Source: Felis catus
Taxonomy: Eukaryota
DNA: 64,000 nt
Direction of reading: 5' to 3'
Assembly (NCBI RefSeq): GCF_018350175.1
Contig: NC_058373.1
Coordinates: 115,880,001-115,944,000 of the forward strand
This document shows, in pieces, positions 38,101 to 51,580 of this stretch; within the stretch, counting starts at the first letter, position 1, and every line of letters begins with the position of its first letter. The position numbers and the translations under genes are program-made. The notes under the pieces were generated by a model that worked only from the letters and a program-made list of their open reading frames with translations, was not told where the DNA came from and ran no database searches.

Positions 38101-38593
38101 TTCAAAATAGAAGGAGAGATCAAAAGTTTCCCAGACAAACAAAAATTAAAGGAGTTTGTGACCACTAAACCAGCCCTGCAAGAAATTTTAAGGGGGAGTC
38201 TCTGAATGGAGAAAAGACAGAAAAAAAAAAAACCAAAAAACCAAAAAACAAACAAACATACAAACAAACAACAACCACCAACAAAAAACCAAGACTAGAA
38301 AGGACCAGAGAACACCACCAGAAACTCCCAACTCTACAGGCAACATAATGGCAATAAATTCCTATCTTTCAGTACTCACTCTAAACGTCAATGGACTAAA
38401 TGCTCCAATCAAAAGACATAGGGTAACATAATGGATAAGAAAACAAGATCCATCTATATGCTCTTTACAAAAGACCGACATTAGACCTAAAGACACCTTC
38501 AGATTGAAAGGGGATGGAGAACCATCTATCACGCTAATGGTCACCAAAAGAAAGCTGGAGTAGCCATACTTATATCAGACAACCTAGACTTTA

Positions 38594-38822
38594 TTTATTT
38601 ATTTATTTTTATTTTTTTTTAAACGTTTATTTATTTTTGAGACAGAGAGAGACAGAGCATGAATGGGGGAGGAGCAGAGAGAGAGGGAGACACAGAATTG
38701 GAAGCAGGCTCCAGGCTCTGAGCCATCAGCCCAGAGCCCGATGCGGGGCTCGAATTCATGGACCGTGAGATCGACCTGAGCTGAAGTCGGACGCTTAACC
38801 GATCGAGCCACCCAGGTGCCCC
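38594..38822 (-). mobile_element. SINEC_Fc inside L1 ORF2
   Basis: TSD agacttta. Confidence 0.95.
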
Positions 38823-40081
38823 AAGACTTTAAAATAAAGAACAAATATTGTTAAAATGTCAATACTACTCAAAGCAATCTACATATTCAATGCAATCCCT
38901 ATCAAGATAACACCAGCATTCTTCACAGAGCTAGAACAAACAATCCTAAAATTTGTATGGAACCAGAAAAGACCTCGAATAGCCAAAGCAATCTTGAAAA
39001 AACAAAACCAAAGCAGGAGGCATCACAATCCCAGACTTCAAGCTGTATTACAAAGCTGTAATCATCAAGACAGTATGGTACTGGCACAAAAACAGACACT
39101 TAAATCAATGGAACAGAATAGAAAACCCAGAAATGGACCCACAAACATACGGCCAACTAATCTTTGACAAAGCAGGAAAGAATATTCAGTGGAATAAAGA
39201 CAGTCTCTTCAGCAGGTGGTGCTGGGAAAACTGGACAGTGACATGCAGAAGAATGAACCTGGACCACTTTTGTATACCATACACAAAAATAAACTCAAAA
39301 TGGATGAAAGACCTAAATGTAAGACAGGAGACCATCAAAATCCTTGAGAAGAAAGCAGGCAAAAACCTCTTTGATCTTGGCCACAGCAACTTCTTACTCA
39401 ACACATCTCCAGAGGCGAGGGAAACAAAAGCAAAAATGAACTGTTGGGACCTCATCAAAATAAGAAGCTTCTGCACAGCGAAGGAAACAATCAGCAAAAC
39501 TAAAAGGCAACTGACGAAGTGGGAAAAGATATTTGCAAACAACGTATCAGATAAAGTTAGAACCTTAAACGGTTAGATAAAAGTTGAGAACTTTTCAAAC
39601 TCAACACCCCCCAAAAAATAATCCAGTGAAGAAATGGGCAAAAGACATGAATACACTTTTCCAAAGAAGACATCCAGATGGCCAACTGACACATGAGAAA
39701 ATGCTCAACATCACTCATCATCAGGGAAATACAAATCAAAATCACAATGAGATACCACCTCACACCTGTCAGAATGGCTAACATTAACAACTCAGGCAAC
39801 AACAGATGTTAGGGAGGATGCGGAGAAAGAGGATCTCTTTTGCACTGCTGGTGGGAATGCTAACTGGTACAGCCACTCTGGAAAACAGTATGGAGGTTCC
39901 TCAAAATATTAAAAATAGAACTACCCTATGACCCAGCAATTGCACTACTAGGTATTTACCCAAGGATACAGGTGTGTTGTTTTGAAGGGACACATGCACC
40001 CCAATGTTTATAGCAGCATTACCAACAACAGCCAAAGTATGGAAAGAGCCCAAATGTCCATCAATGGATGAATGGATAAAG

Positions 40082-40083
<2 letters not shown>

Positions 40084-40129
<46 letters not shown>
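40084..40129. repeat. (CA)n microsatellite within L1
   Basis: Direct. Confidence 0.95.
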
Positions 40130-40131
<2 letters not shown>

Positions 40132-40726
40132 GAGTATTACTTGGCAAAAAGAATGAAACCTTGCCATTTGCAACTATGTGGATGGAACTAGAGGATATTA
40201 TGCTAAGTGAAATTAGTCAAGAGAAAGACAAATATCATATTCACTCATATGAGGACTTTAAGATACAAAACAGATGAACCTGAGGGAAGGGAAGCAAAAA
40301 TAATACAGTAACAGGGAGACTCTCAAATACAGAGAACAAACAGAGGGTTGTTGAAGGGGTTGTGGGGGGGATGGGCTAAATGGGTAAGGGGCTTAAGGAA
40401 TCTACTACTGAAATCATTGTTGCACCATGTGCTAACTTGGATGTAAATTATAAAAAAATGAATAAATTACAGAAAAAATAAAAAATGAAAATAACTATGC
40501 ACAAAGAAACTTCACTGTTATCGTATTTATAGGGGGAGGTTTTTACCTTTTATCTTTCAAATTGCAACTTATTATTTTAATACTGAGAAATGCACAACTA
40601 ATATAAGAAAATAAGCTTAGTTACTCCTTTCACATTAATCCTTCGTGTTTACAAAGTGCATGTGGAAATATTTCAGCGAGAGAAATAAGGGAAAAAAGTC
40701 ATGATAAAGTGATTTATACAAATACT

Positions 40727-40732
40727 TTTATT
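40727..40732 (-). terminator. MED6: Candidate MED6 polyadenylation signal AATAAA
   Basis: About 260 nt after the stop, with a downstream U-rich tract. Confidence 0.65.
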
Positions 40733-40989
40733 TTGTTTTTAGATGTATATATAGCAGTATACATTTGAGTAAGGACGCTGCTCAAGTCTAGTAGGGGAAA
40801 GGTTACAAAAGATACATAAAAAATATTTATCAAAAGCATGAGGATCCTTACATCCTTCTTAAAGAACAAGCACATTCTGTACAAATGGAAGAGTCGTGAC
40901 AAAGAATTTTAAAGTTCAAGAGCCTGTCACGGTAATGAGGTATCAATAATGGACAAGAGGAGTCTTGCAAGCTTCTCTCTGACCAGTAC

Positions 40990-41120
40990 TCACTGAAGCC
41001 TCATTCGTTTTTCCGGGGGGCCTTTAGTGCTCACTATCTGTTGGACGTTCTTCGTGGTCTCCTTTTCCTCAGATTTTACAGTTTCTGGTATAGGTTCTGC
41101 CTCTTTCTTTGTCTGATCCA
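40990..41120 (-). CDS. MED6: MED6 exon 8 ([43 protein letters not shown])
   Basis: tag| acceptor, TGA stop, phase consistent. Confidence 0.97.
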
Positions 41121-41702
41121 CTAGACATCAAAAGCAGACATTTTTTGGAGGGAGAGGAAGGTGGAGGGATGAGATCAATTTAGACAAAGGTCATGTGAAT
41201 GGTTCAGGCTCAAGTTCATTTAGAACTGCTGCTTATCTCAAATGCTAAATTTAGCAGTTTCATCAGGCAGACGTAGAACCCATTTACAAACCTAAAAACC
41301 TGATAACCCAAGCAAATCTGTGATAGTAGACAAAAACACAGGACATTATGCATAAACAAGATATATAGTCTATCCCAGGCTGAACACATAGTTCAATATC
41401 TGTTTTCAATGATGAAACAGAACAGCTTTTTTTCACACTGAGATATGAACTAAAAACAACTTCAAATCACCTCATCTTCTCCACACATCCTCAATACTTA
41501 CTATTTCCACTCCAATTCATCTTTCAAATACTAATATGACTACCACAAATCACCATCTTTTGGCAATTCAGCAGATCTCAAAAATTAGAAGTAATGAATT
41601 ACCATGAGAGTCTAGAAGGACAAAAGGACCACAGCTCATCTTACATGCTATAGTTGTTAACTGAGTTTTATTTCAAGTTTAATAAGAACATCAGGAACAT
41701 AC

Positions 41703-41730
41703 CTGGGACAGGCTTTTCTCCAGACTTTTG
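41703..41730 (-). CDS. MED6: MED6 exon 7 (28 nt, QKSGEKPVP)
   Basis: tag|...|gtatgt; restores frame. Confidence 0.95.
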
Positions 41731-42042
41731 CTATAATTTAAAAAGGGGGGGAGGGGAGAAAACAGGGCAGGTTAGCAAAATTTTCTTCTTCTTGACGTCG
41801 TAATTCTTATTAAAATTATACCTTCATTCAAATTATATTAAAATTGACTCCATAAAGAAAAACTACTATTCATGTACCATAAAAAGTAAATTTAGCACTT
41901 TCTACTTATTCTCATGTTCCAGAAAAGACAGAACTAGAACAAAAGAGTCAAACATAAATAAGTTTCCCTTGAACAGTTATCTATAAAGCCCTCTACCTCT
42001 GTACCCAGGCTATAATGCTTTCAAAAAGTAGCTAAGTAGAGA

Positions 42043-42228
42043 GGCCTCTGGGTGGCTCAGTCGGTTAAGCGTCTGACGCCTGGTTTTGGCCCAGGTCATG
42101 ATCTCACAGTTCATGAGTTCAAGCCTCACATTGGGCTCCATGCCGACAGTGCGAAGCCTGCCTGGGATTTCTTCTCTCCCTCTCAAAAATAAGTAAATAA
42201 ACTTAAAAAAAAAAAAATTAAGAAAAAA
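42043..42228 (+). mobile_element. CAN-SINE
   Basis: TSD aaaaagtagctaagtaga. Confidence 0.9.
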
Positions 42229-42639
42229 AGTAGCTAAGTAGAATCCAATGGGAGAGAATAATGGAGACTTTCAAGACTCCAGAGGCTTATTTGTTTAGGG
42301 GATATGAGCTCAAAGAAAGCAAATGAAATATGGATCAACCCTCCAACTTTTAAAGTTGGCAGGTACAGGAAGCAAAGAGGAAAAAGGTATTTTCCTATGA
42401 ACGTAAAGGCTTCTGATTAGAGTACTATTAAAAACCAAACTATAGGAAAGAAAGGATGGGGCATCATGAGTCAGGAACAAAGTGAGATCCTCCATTGTGC
42501 ACAGCAGTTCTTTTATCTGATTATGCTGTCGTCTCCCTTTTCCTATTTCCCAAGTTAAATGCTTTAAAACTTTTCTCCTCCTTCCTCCTCAAGGCTCACA
42601 ACCTACCCTTCACCTGAAGCCAATGGCTCTGTAGTCTAT

Positions 42640-42858
42640 GTTTTTAATCTTTTTTTTAACATTTATTTATTTTTGAGAAGAGAGAGACAGAGCATGAGCG
42701 GGGGAGGAGAGAAAAAGAGGGAGACACAGAATCTGAAACAGGCTCCAGGCTCTGAGCTGTCAGCACAGAGCCCGACATGGGGCTCAAATTCACGGACCGC
42801 AAGATCATGACTTGAGCCGAAGTCGGACACTTAACCGACTAAGCCACCCAGGTGCCCC
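42640..42858 (-). mobile_element. CAN-SINE
   Basis: TSD tgtagtcta. Confidence 0.9.
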
Positions 42859-43206
42859 TGTAGTCTACATTTTAAAAAACAGATGTCAACAACCCAAGTT
42901 CCCTCCCATCTAACTACTTTCAAACTTATACCCTTACCTATACACACACGTTGCTTTATAAACTTCTCTGTCATCTCCAAAGAAAATGTTCTCTTCGTTT
43001 TTAAAGTTAACGTCTCCAGGCATTTTCTGAATTTCTATGCCCTCCCTAAGCTTTCTTATCTATTCCTAGGACTAATGATGACCAAATTTCCTGATATCAT
43101 ATGTTCCAGATTCATGCTGCCAATTGCCTACTAGCCCATCCCAACTGCAAGTTCTGGGAACATTACACTTAATAAGACCAAAACGGAGCTCCATACTATT
43201 ATCCAT

Positions 43207-43705
43207 TGTGCAGAAAAGATTAACATAGAAGGCTTGAGGCTTCTATGTTTGAAAGGCAAGGGTGGCCTTTGTTGATGACTAGGAATTTGAATTTTGGAAA
43301 GTTCTCACCATTCTGATAGTGGTGGCTCATTGTGCCTAGACTGTACAATGTTGTTCATGCTGAACATTTGCTTTTCTTCCAGGCATGTGAATTTTGGTAT
43401 GAGCTAGAGAGCACCTATAGGATGATCCCCCCCCCCCCCAAAAAAAAGACTGGAACCAAGTCTCTAATGGACCTCTTTGGGCAGAAATACCACACACGTT
43501 GCCTCATTTTCATTGTTGAAAGAACACATTTTGTGTAACTCCTAATGAGAAGGAGAGGATATAAGGAAGCCTGCACATGGGCTCCTCCAGACGCTACTTG
43601 TCTTTTTCATCTGGCTGTATATCCTTACTATGTCACTGTAATAAATCTTATGAGTCCTTCAAGCAAATCTCCAAACATAAGGGCGTTATGGAAACCCTCA
43701 ACACA
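43207..43705 (+). mobile_element. MER77-like ERV-L solo LTR
   Basis: tgtgcagaaaagattaacatag...gtgcctagac...ggaaaccctcaacaca. Confidence 0.65.
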
Positions 43706-44544
43706 CCCACATTATCACATATCTTATGAACACATTAGGAATTAAACATGTCTAAAGTAATCTGAGGGAACAAATAGTTTTTCTTACTTTAAAACAAGAG
43801 AGGAAATATATGGCACAACATTGAGGAAATGAGAAATTGAGAGGGGTTTTCTTATACTCCTAGCACTGAACCATTTAAACTATAGTGGACACTGGACTAG
43901 ATCTGGACACTGGAATAACATCCAATGCACTTTCTCTCAGCTTTTCTAGTGAATACTGTCAAACAAACTAGTAGGATGTGGTTTCAGATAGGAAAATAGA
44001 ATGGGGGCACCTTTCTGACAAAATCTGATCAAGTAACCTTGTGATAAATCTAGTTGAAGTAATATACTATGGTGTTCTAGCATCTTCTGAAAACAGCATT
44101 GAAAAGACATTCATCATAAAAGGCCCTGAACTCCTATCACATCAGTATCAGTGTAACTCTCAGTAGTAACACAAATTAAAATATGGAAAAAGGAGTTCCA
44201 GCAAAGTAGGCAGGACTTTTCTAATATCCTCCTGAGTGCTTTCATAGGGGCAACCCAGCAGCTCAACTGTCAAATAATGGATAAGTAGGAGTAAGTTCTG
44301 AACTACAAATAGTTCTGGGAGACACAATGGGTAAATAGGGAGCTCGTAGGAAACTTCAAGTAAACCAAGTATCTATTTTCTTCTCTCGATGTAAGGAGAA
44401 ATGTTTTGGGTAGAAGGAGCAAAGGGAGTAACAATTCTAGAAAAAGCCATCTTTCTCCTAGTTCTGTTACAAAGAGTTGGACATACTCTCTCTTTGGGAG
44501 TTGGCTTTGGCCCTTGGATGGTTAAATGAAAGGTGGGGTTCTAA

Positions 44545-44566
44545 AAATTTTTTTTTAATATTTATT

Positions 44567-44614
<48 letters not shown>

Positions 44615-44768
44615 CAAATGGGGGAGGAGCAGAGAGAAAGGGAGACACAGAATCTGAACCAAGCTCCAAGTTCTGAGCTGTCAGCACAGAACCCAATGTA
44701 GGGCTCGAACTCATGAACCATGAGAACATGACCTGAGCCAAAGTCGGACACTTAACCGACTGAACCCC
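44545..44768 (-). mobile_element. CAN-SINE with long (GA)n
   Basis: TSD gaaaggtggggttcta. Confidence 0.9.
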
Positions 44769-45691
44769 AGGAAAGGTGGGGTTCTAGAAAATGACAGCTG
44801 AAGTATGATTGTAGCTAAACCTTTAAAAGAAAAATGTAAAAAACTCACTGAAATGATATGAAGTCTACAACCTGCTTCAAAATAATTGGGAGGAAATAGA
44901 GAAAGAAGACATAAAACAAGCCTGGCTATGTTTGATAACTGTTAAAGCCAGATAACGGGTACATGGGGATTTTGTTTGTAATTATTCTCTTTACTTTTAT
45001 ATATTATCTTAAATTTCTATAACTTTCTATAAAGCAAAGGTTTTTTTTGTTTGTTTGTTTTAAGATTCAAAAGTCTTTGAGTTTTCTGTATTGTCCAGCC
45101 TAGCTCATCAGGATAGGACAGCACATGGGACTTAACAGGACACCCAGCCAGAAAAAAAAAAAAAAAAAAAAAAAAGAGGTCATTCAGCTGGAATACCTCA
45201 GAACCCAAACACAGCAGTAAGCTACTGAATATTCTGGTGGTTGGTCAATGAAAATAGAATGCTTAACAACTAAAATTTAAACCCCTAATATTTAAACCAC
45301 AAATCTGTTTCTTTTCCTATATTCTGAATTTTGGTTAACAATCAAAACCAAGTCTAAATCTAAGCCTGAAGCCTCAGAATTATCCTTAATGCCAACCTCT
45401 CCAAATCCGACCACCAAATTTGGGCAATCCTAAATTCAAATATCTCTTGAATCTATCTTCTCTCTACAGCCACAGAATTAATTCAAGCTCTCCACAACCT
45501 AACTTCTCTGATTCCAAACATCACCTTTTCCTAAGCATCCTCTACATAGTTAATGGTCACCTTCATAAAACTATACTGCATTACTTCCTTGCAACTTGTT
45601 TTGTAACATTTAATGGGTCCCGAGTGCCACCATTCATAGTTCTCAGCTAGTCAGTGGTAAGCATCTAGAAGATGAGGTACAAAATATTTCT

Positions 45692-46455
45692 AGGGCACCT
45701 GGGTGGCTCAGTTGGTTAAGCACCTGACTCTTGTCATGATCTCATGGTCATGGGATCAAGTCCCAGGGGGGGCTCTGGGCTGAGCATGGAGCCTGCTTGG
45801 GATTCTCTCTCTCCCTCTCTCTCTGCCTCTCCCCTGCTCACGCAGTCTCTTTCTCAAAATAAATACATAAATACTTTTTTAAATCTTTTTTTTTTTTTTT
45901 TTTTTAAAGATATTTCTCAGGGCACCTGGGTAGCTCAGCCGATTGAACATCCGACTTCAGCTTAGGTCATGATCTCACGGTTCAGGGGTTTGAGCCCCAT
46001 GTCAGACTGCGTGCTGACAGCTCAGAGCCTGGAGCCTGCTTCAGATTCTGTGTCTCCCTCTCTTTCTGCCCCTCCCCTGCTCGTGCTCTGTCTCTCTCTC
46101 AAAAATAAACAAACATTAAAAGGAAAAAAGATATGTCTAAACTTCAAGAGAGCATTATTTAAAAAAGAATATATAAAAATTGACACTGCTTTGGTTTGTA
46201 GTGATGACAGTCAAATAATTCAAATAAGGGGCGCCTGGGTGGCGCAGTCGGTTAAGCGTCCGACTTCAGCCAGGTCACGATCTCGCGGTCCGTGAGTTCG
46301 AGCCCCGCGTCAGGCTCTGGGCTGATGGCTCAGAGCCTGGAGCCTGTTTCCGATTCTGTGTCTCCGTCTCTCTCTGCCCCTCCCCCGTCCATGCTCTGTC
46401 TCTCTCTGTCCCAAAAATAAATAAACATTGAAAAAAAAAATTAAAAAAAAAATAT
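45692..46455 (+). mobile_element. Three tandem CAN-SINEs (45692-45880, 45920-46130, 46228-46455; the last is young)
   Basis: SINE consensus x3. Confidence 0.9.
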
Positions 46456-46609
46456 TTCAAATAACTTAATGTTTAAAACAGCAAATAAATACTGGACTAT
46501 AAAATGAACCATAAATTCCTTTGTCCAGCATACAAAATCCTCAATCTAATGCTAACCATCTTTTACGTCTTGTATTCCATTACTCTTCCCCACCACAATC
46601 ACATAGGGT

Positions 46610-47210
46610 AATATTTAATGTATACAATTTGATGAGTTTGGACATACACATACACCTGGAATACCACCACCACAATCAAGGCAAACACATCCATCACTTC
46701 CCAAAAGATTCCTTACATTTATTTGGTTTTGGGTTTTATTCGTGTGCTAAGAACACTCGACAAGACATCTACCTTCTTACCAAGTTTTTAAGTGTGCAAC
46801 ACCATATGGTTACCTATAGGCACTATGTGGTACAGCAGATCTCCAGAACTTATTCATCTTGTATAACCGTAACTTTATATTCATTTAACAACTCCCTACT
46901 TCCCCCCTTCCTCTGTCCTATGGCAACCACATTTTCTGCATCTGTAAGTTTGACTACTTTAGACACCTCATATAAGGGAATCATATAGTACTCATCCTTC
47001 TGCAACTGATTTATTTTACTTAGCATAGTGTCTAACAGGTCCACCCATGACAATGCAAATGGTACAATTTCCTTCTTTTTAAAGGCTGAATAATATTCCG
47101 CTATACGTATATACCACAGTTTCTTTATCCATTTATCTGTTGTTGGCCATGTGGGTTATTTCCCTACCTTGGCAACTGTGCACAATGCTGCGATAAACAT
47201 GGGAATGCTT
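46610..47210 (-). mobile_element. L1 3' end (L1MA/MB-like)
   Basis: Reverse-complement ORF2 end and 3'UTR. Confidence 0.8.
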
Positions 47211-47214
47211 CCAG

Positions 47215-49255
47215 CTCAAACTATGCTACAAAGCTGTGGTTAATCAAAGCAGTGTGATATTGGCATAAAAAGACACATACATCAATGGAACATAACAGAG
47301 AGTCCAGAGATAAACCCACAAATATATGGTCAATTAATTAACAACAAAGGACCAGGAATACACAATGGGGAAAGGACAGTCTCTTCAATAAACAGTGTTA
47401 GGAAAACTGGACAGCCACATGCAAAAGAATAAAAGTAGACCACTATCTTTTTTGTAAGTTTTTTTTAACGTTTATTTATTTTTGAGACAGAGAGAGACAG
47501 AGCATGAACGGGGGAGACATGACAGAGAGAGAGGGAGACACAGAATCTTAAACAGGCTCCAGGCTCTGAGCTGTCAGCACAGAGCCTGATGCGGGGCTCA
47601 AAATCACGGACCAAGAGATCATGACCTGAGTCGAAGTCAGATGCTTAACCGACTGAGCCACTCAAAAGTAGACCACTGTCTTATACCATACATAAAGATT
47701 AGCTCAAAATGGACTGAAATCATGAGACCTGAAACCATAAATATCTAGAAGAAAACATAGGCCATAAGCTCCATGACATCTGTCTTGGAGATAACTTTTT
47801 GGTTTTGACACCAAAAGCAAACACATCAAAAGCAAAAATAAACAAATGGGACTCCATCAAACAAAAAAGCTGCACAGCAAAGGAAACCATCGACAAAATG
47901 AAAAGGCAACCTACAGAACGGGAGAAAATATTTGCAAATCACATATCTGGTAAGGGGTTATGATCCAAAATATATGAAGAACTCATACAACTCAAAAGCA
48001 AAACAACGAAACAAAAACACTAAACCACCCAATTAAAAAATGGGCAGAGGAACTGAATAAATATTTTTCCAAAGAAGCCATACAACTGGCTAACAAGTAC
48101 ATTAAAAGGTGCTCAACATTCTAATCATCAGAGAAATGCAAATCAAAACCACAATGAGATATCCCTTTACACCTATTAGAATGACTATCATCAAAAAGAC
48201 AACAGATTACAAGTGCTGGTGAAGATGTGGAGAAGAGGGAACACTTGTACCCTGTTGGCAGGAATGTAAACTGGTACAAACAGTATGGAAGGAAAACAGT
48301 ACAGAGGATCCCTTAAAAAATTAAAAATAGAAATACCAAATGATCCAGCAAGCCCACTTAGGAGGATATATCCAAAGAAAATGAAAACAGGATACTGAAG
48401 AGACAGCTGCATTCCCATGTTCACTGCAGCATTATTCACAATAGCCAAGATATAGAAACAACCTATAATCAAAAGATGAATAAAGAAAATGTGGTATGAA
48501 ATTGAGTCTTTTCCAGCCACCAGAAAGCAGGAAATGCTGCCATTTGCAGAAAAAAAGATGAACCTTGAAGGCATTATGCTAAGGGAAATAAACCAGAAAG
48601 AGAATGTGAAATACTTTCATGTACATATAAATGAAATCTAAAAAGGCCAAATTCGGGGGTGCCTGGGTGGCTCAGTCGGTTAAGCATCTGACATCAGCTC
48701 AGGCCATGAACTCCCGGTTCATGAATTTGAGCCCCATGTTGGGCTCTGTGCTGACGGCTCAGAGCCTGAAGCCTGCTTCAGATACTATCTCCCCATCTCT
48801 CTCTGTTTCTCCCCCACTTGCACTGTCTTTCTCTCTCTCTCTCTCTCTCTCAAAAATAAATAAAGATTAAAAAAAATTTTTTTAATAAATAAAAAAATAA
48901 AAAGGTCAAATTCATACAGAGTAAAGGATGGTTATCAGTGGCTTGAGAGAGCATTGGCAGAAGAGGAGTATGTTGGTCAATGGGTACAAATCTCCACTGA
49001 CAAGTTCTAGGGATCCGATGTACAGCATGGTGGTTATAGTTAATACTGTATTATACATTTAGAAGTTGGTAAGAGTGAATCCTGAATGATGTCACCACAA
49101 AAAAAGAAAAGGTAGTTATGTGACATGATGGAAGTGTTAGCTAATGCTATGGTAAGTCACTCTGTAATACAGAAGTGTACCAAATCAACACACTGTATAC
49201 CTTAAACTTACACAATGGTAAACACTAGTTATATCTCAATAAAGCTGAAAACAAA
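47215..49255 (+). mobile_element. L1 ORF2 C-terminus plus 3'UTR (L1MA9-like) with nested SINEs at 47455-47663 (-) and 48656-48900 (+)
   Basis: [18 protein letters not shown] motifs; ends atatctcaataaagctgaaaa. Confidence 0.85.
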
Positions 49256-49264
49256 AAGTTTATT

Positions 49265-50680
49265 ACCATGTATTTTTTAATGTTATTATAAATGGGATTG
49301 TTTTCTTAATCCTCCTCAGACAGTTTGTTGTTAGTGTACAGAAATTCAACCAATTGAGTGTTCATTTTGCATCTTGCAACTTTACTGAATTCGTTGATTA
49401 GTTCTAACCGCTTTTTAGGGGAATCTTTAGAATTGTTATGTATAAGATCTGTCAGGGATCATGTATAAAGACAATTTTACTTCTTTTCCTACTTGAATGC
49501 CTTTTATTTCTTTTTCTTGCCTAATTTCCCTGGCTAGAACTTCCAGTACTGTGGAGAGTGGGTATCCTTGTCTTGTTTCTGATCTTCAAGGAAAAACTGT
49601 TTTTCACCACTGAGTATGTGGGCTGTGGGTTTATCACATATGGCCTTTATTACGTTGAGGTACATTCCTTTTATATCCATTTTCTTGAATTTTTTTTTTA
49701 TCATAAAAGGGTGCTGAATTTTGTCACATGCCTTTTCTGCATCTGTCGAGATGATCACGTGATTTTTAACCTTTGTTCTGATAATGCAGTATATCACAAG
49801 ATTCATTTCAGTATGTTGAACCATCCTTACATCTCAGGGATAATCCCACTTGATCATGGTGTAGGATTCTCTTAAGGTGCTGTTAAATTCAGTTTGCTAG
49901 TATTTCATTGAGGATTTTTGCATTTGTGTTCATCATGGATATTGAACTGTAGTTTTCTTTTCTTGTAGTGTCTTTGTCTGCCTTTGGTATCAGATTAATG
50001 CTGTCCTCATAAAATGAATTTGAAAATGTTCCCTTCCTCTTGCAAGTTTTGAAAGAGTGAGGACTGGTATTAACTCCCTTTAAATGTTTGGTAGAATTCA
50101 CCAGTGAAGTCATCTGGTCCCAGGCTTTTCTTTGTGGAAAGGTTTGTGAGAACTAATTTATAATCTCCTTATTTACTTTTGGTTTGTTGAGATTTTATGT
50201 TTCTTCATGACTTAGTCTTGGGAGGTTGTACGTTTCTAGGAATTTCTTACAGGTTTTCCAATTTTTTCTTTTTTTTAGGTTTTCCAATTTGTTGGCATGT
50301 AATTGTTTATACAGTCTCTTACGATCCTTTTGTTTCTATCTCCTCTTTCATTTTTTTTTTTTTTAATGTTTATTTATTTTTGAGACAGAGAGAGACAGAG
50401 CATGAACGGGGGAGGGTCAGAGAGAGGGAGACACAGAATCTGAAACAGGCTCCAGGCTCCGAGCTGTCAGCACAGAGCCTGACGCGGGGCTTGAACTCAC
50501 GAGCTGTGAGATCATGACCTGAGTCGAAGTCGGACACTTAACCGACTGAGCCACCCAGGCGCCCCTCTCCCTCTTTCATTTCTAATTTTGAGTCTCCTCT
50601 TATTACTCTAGTTAAAAGTCTGTCAGTTTTGTCTTTTCAAAACAACTCTTAGTTTCATTTTCCTTTTCAATTTCTTTGCA
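49265..50680 (-). mobile_element. L1 ORF2 RT region with nested SINE at 50352-50565 (-)
   Basis: [50 protein letters not shown]. Confidence 0.85.
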
Positions 50681-50689
50681 TTTGCTAAC

Positions 50690-51190
50690 TTGTATGTGAA
50701 AATTAAACAACATACTCCTGAACAACTTAGGGGTCACAGAAGAAATCAAAAAGGAATTCAAATCTGGAAAGAAATAAAAATGAAAACACAACATACCAAA
50801 ACTTATGGGATGCAGCAAAAGCAGTACTAACAGTAACATTTATAGTAATAAATGCCTACATTAAAAAGAAGAGGGGCGCCTGGGTGGCTCAGTCGGTTAA
50901 GCATCTGACTGACTCTTGATTTCAGCTCAGGTCACAATCTCACGGTTCACAAGTTCAAGCCCCACATTGGGCTCTGTGCCGATAACACAGAGGCTGCTTG
51001 GGATTCTCTCTCCCTCTCTCTCTCTGCCCCTCTTGCTCCCCTGCTCTTGCACACTGTCTCAAAATAAAAATAAACTTAAATTTTTTTAAAGAAAAATTTT
51101 CAAGATTTTAAAATTTTTAAAAAAAGGAAAGTTCTCAAATAAGCAATCTTAAGTTTACAGCTCAAGGAACTAGAAAAAGAAGAACTAACT
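50690..51190 (+). mobile_element. Inverted L1 ORF2 segment with nested SINE at 50873-51080 (+)
   Basis: KLNNILLNN.GVTEEIKKE..., LKELEKEE. Confidence 0.8.
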
Positions 51191-51304
51191 AAGGATTTCT
51201 GGTTTCTGAGAAATCTGTCCATGAATTAATATAGTCATTAATGTGTCCATTAATACTCTTTCATGTTTCTGGTTTTGTGTGTTCTATCCCCATTTTCTAG
51301 ATCA

Positions 51305-51580
51305 GCATTATCCAAAAGAAATATGTGAACCACAAATGTAAGTTGGTAGTTACATTTTCAAACAGAAACCGATAAATTTTATTTTTTAACCAAATATATC
51401 TAAAATAGCATTTTTTCAACATATAATCAATATTTTAAAATTATTAAGATATTTTACTTTTTCTCCCTAAGTCTTTGAGCCCAGTATGTATTTTACACTT
51501 CCATCACAGCGCACCTTAGACGAGCCATGTTTCACATGCTTGGTAGTCACATGTGCCTAACGGCTGCTCTTCTGTGCATG
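51305..51580. mobile_element. MER33/MER3-like hAT element
   Basis: cagcattatccaaaagaaatat...catgtttcacatgcttggtagtcacatgtg. Confidence 0.6.

Larger units (their letters stand above)
35671..40487 (+). mobile_element. Feline L1 with both ends intact but ORF2 core deleted; ORF1 37330-38205 (frameshifted), ORF2 from 38348
   Basis: 16-bp TSD aaaataactatgcaca (35655-35670 / 40488-40503); GC-rich 5'UTR; ORF1 RRNNI-like, QPRILYPARL, KQKLKEFVTTKPALQE; ORF2 LNVNGLNAPIKR. Confidence 0.95.

Noticed and set aside
35662..39802. Many 100-165 aa ORFs
   Set aside because: Fragments or antisense frames of a disabled L1; not able to retrotranspose autonomously.
43830..44500. Unassigned stretch with a small tggacactgga duplication
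   Set aside because: Probably an old repeat; I could not support any specific call.
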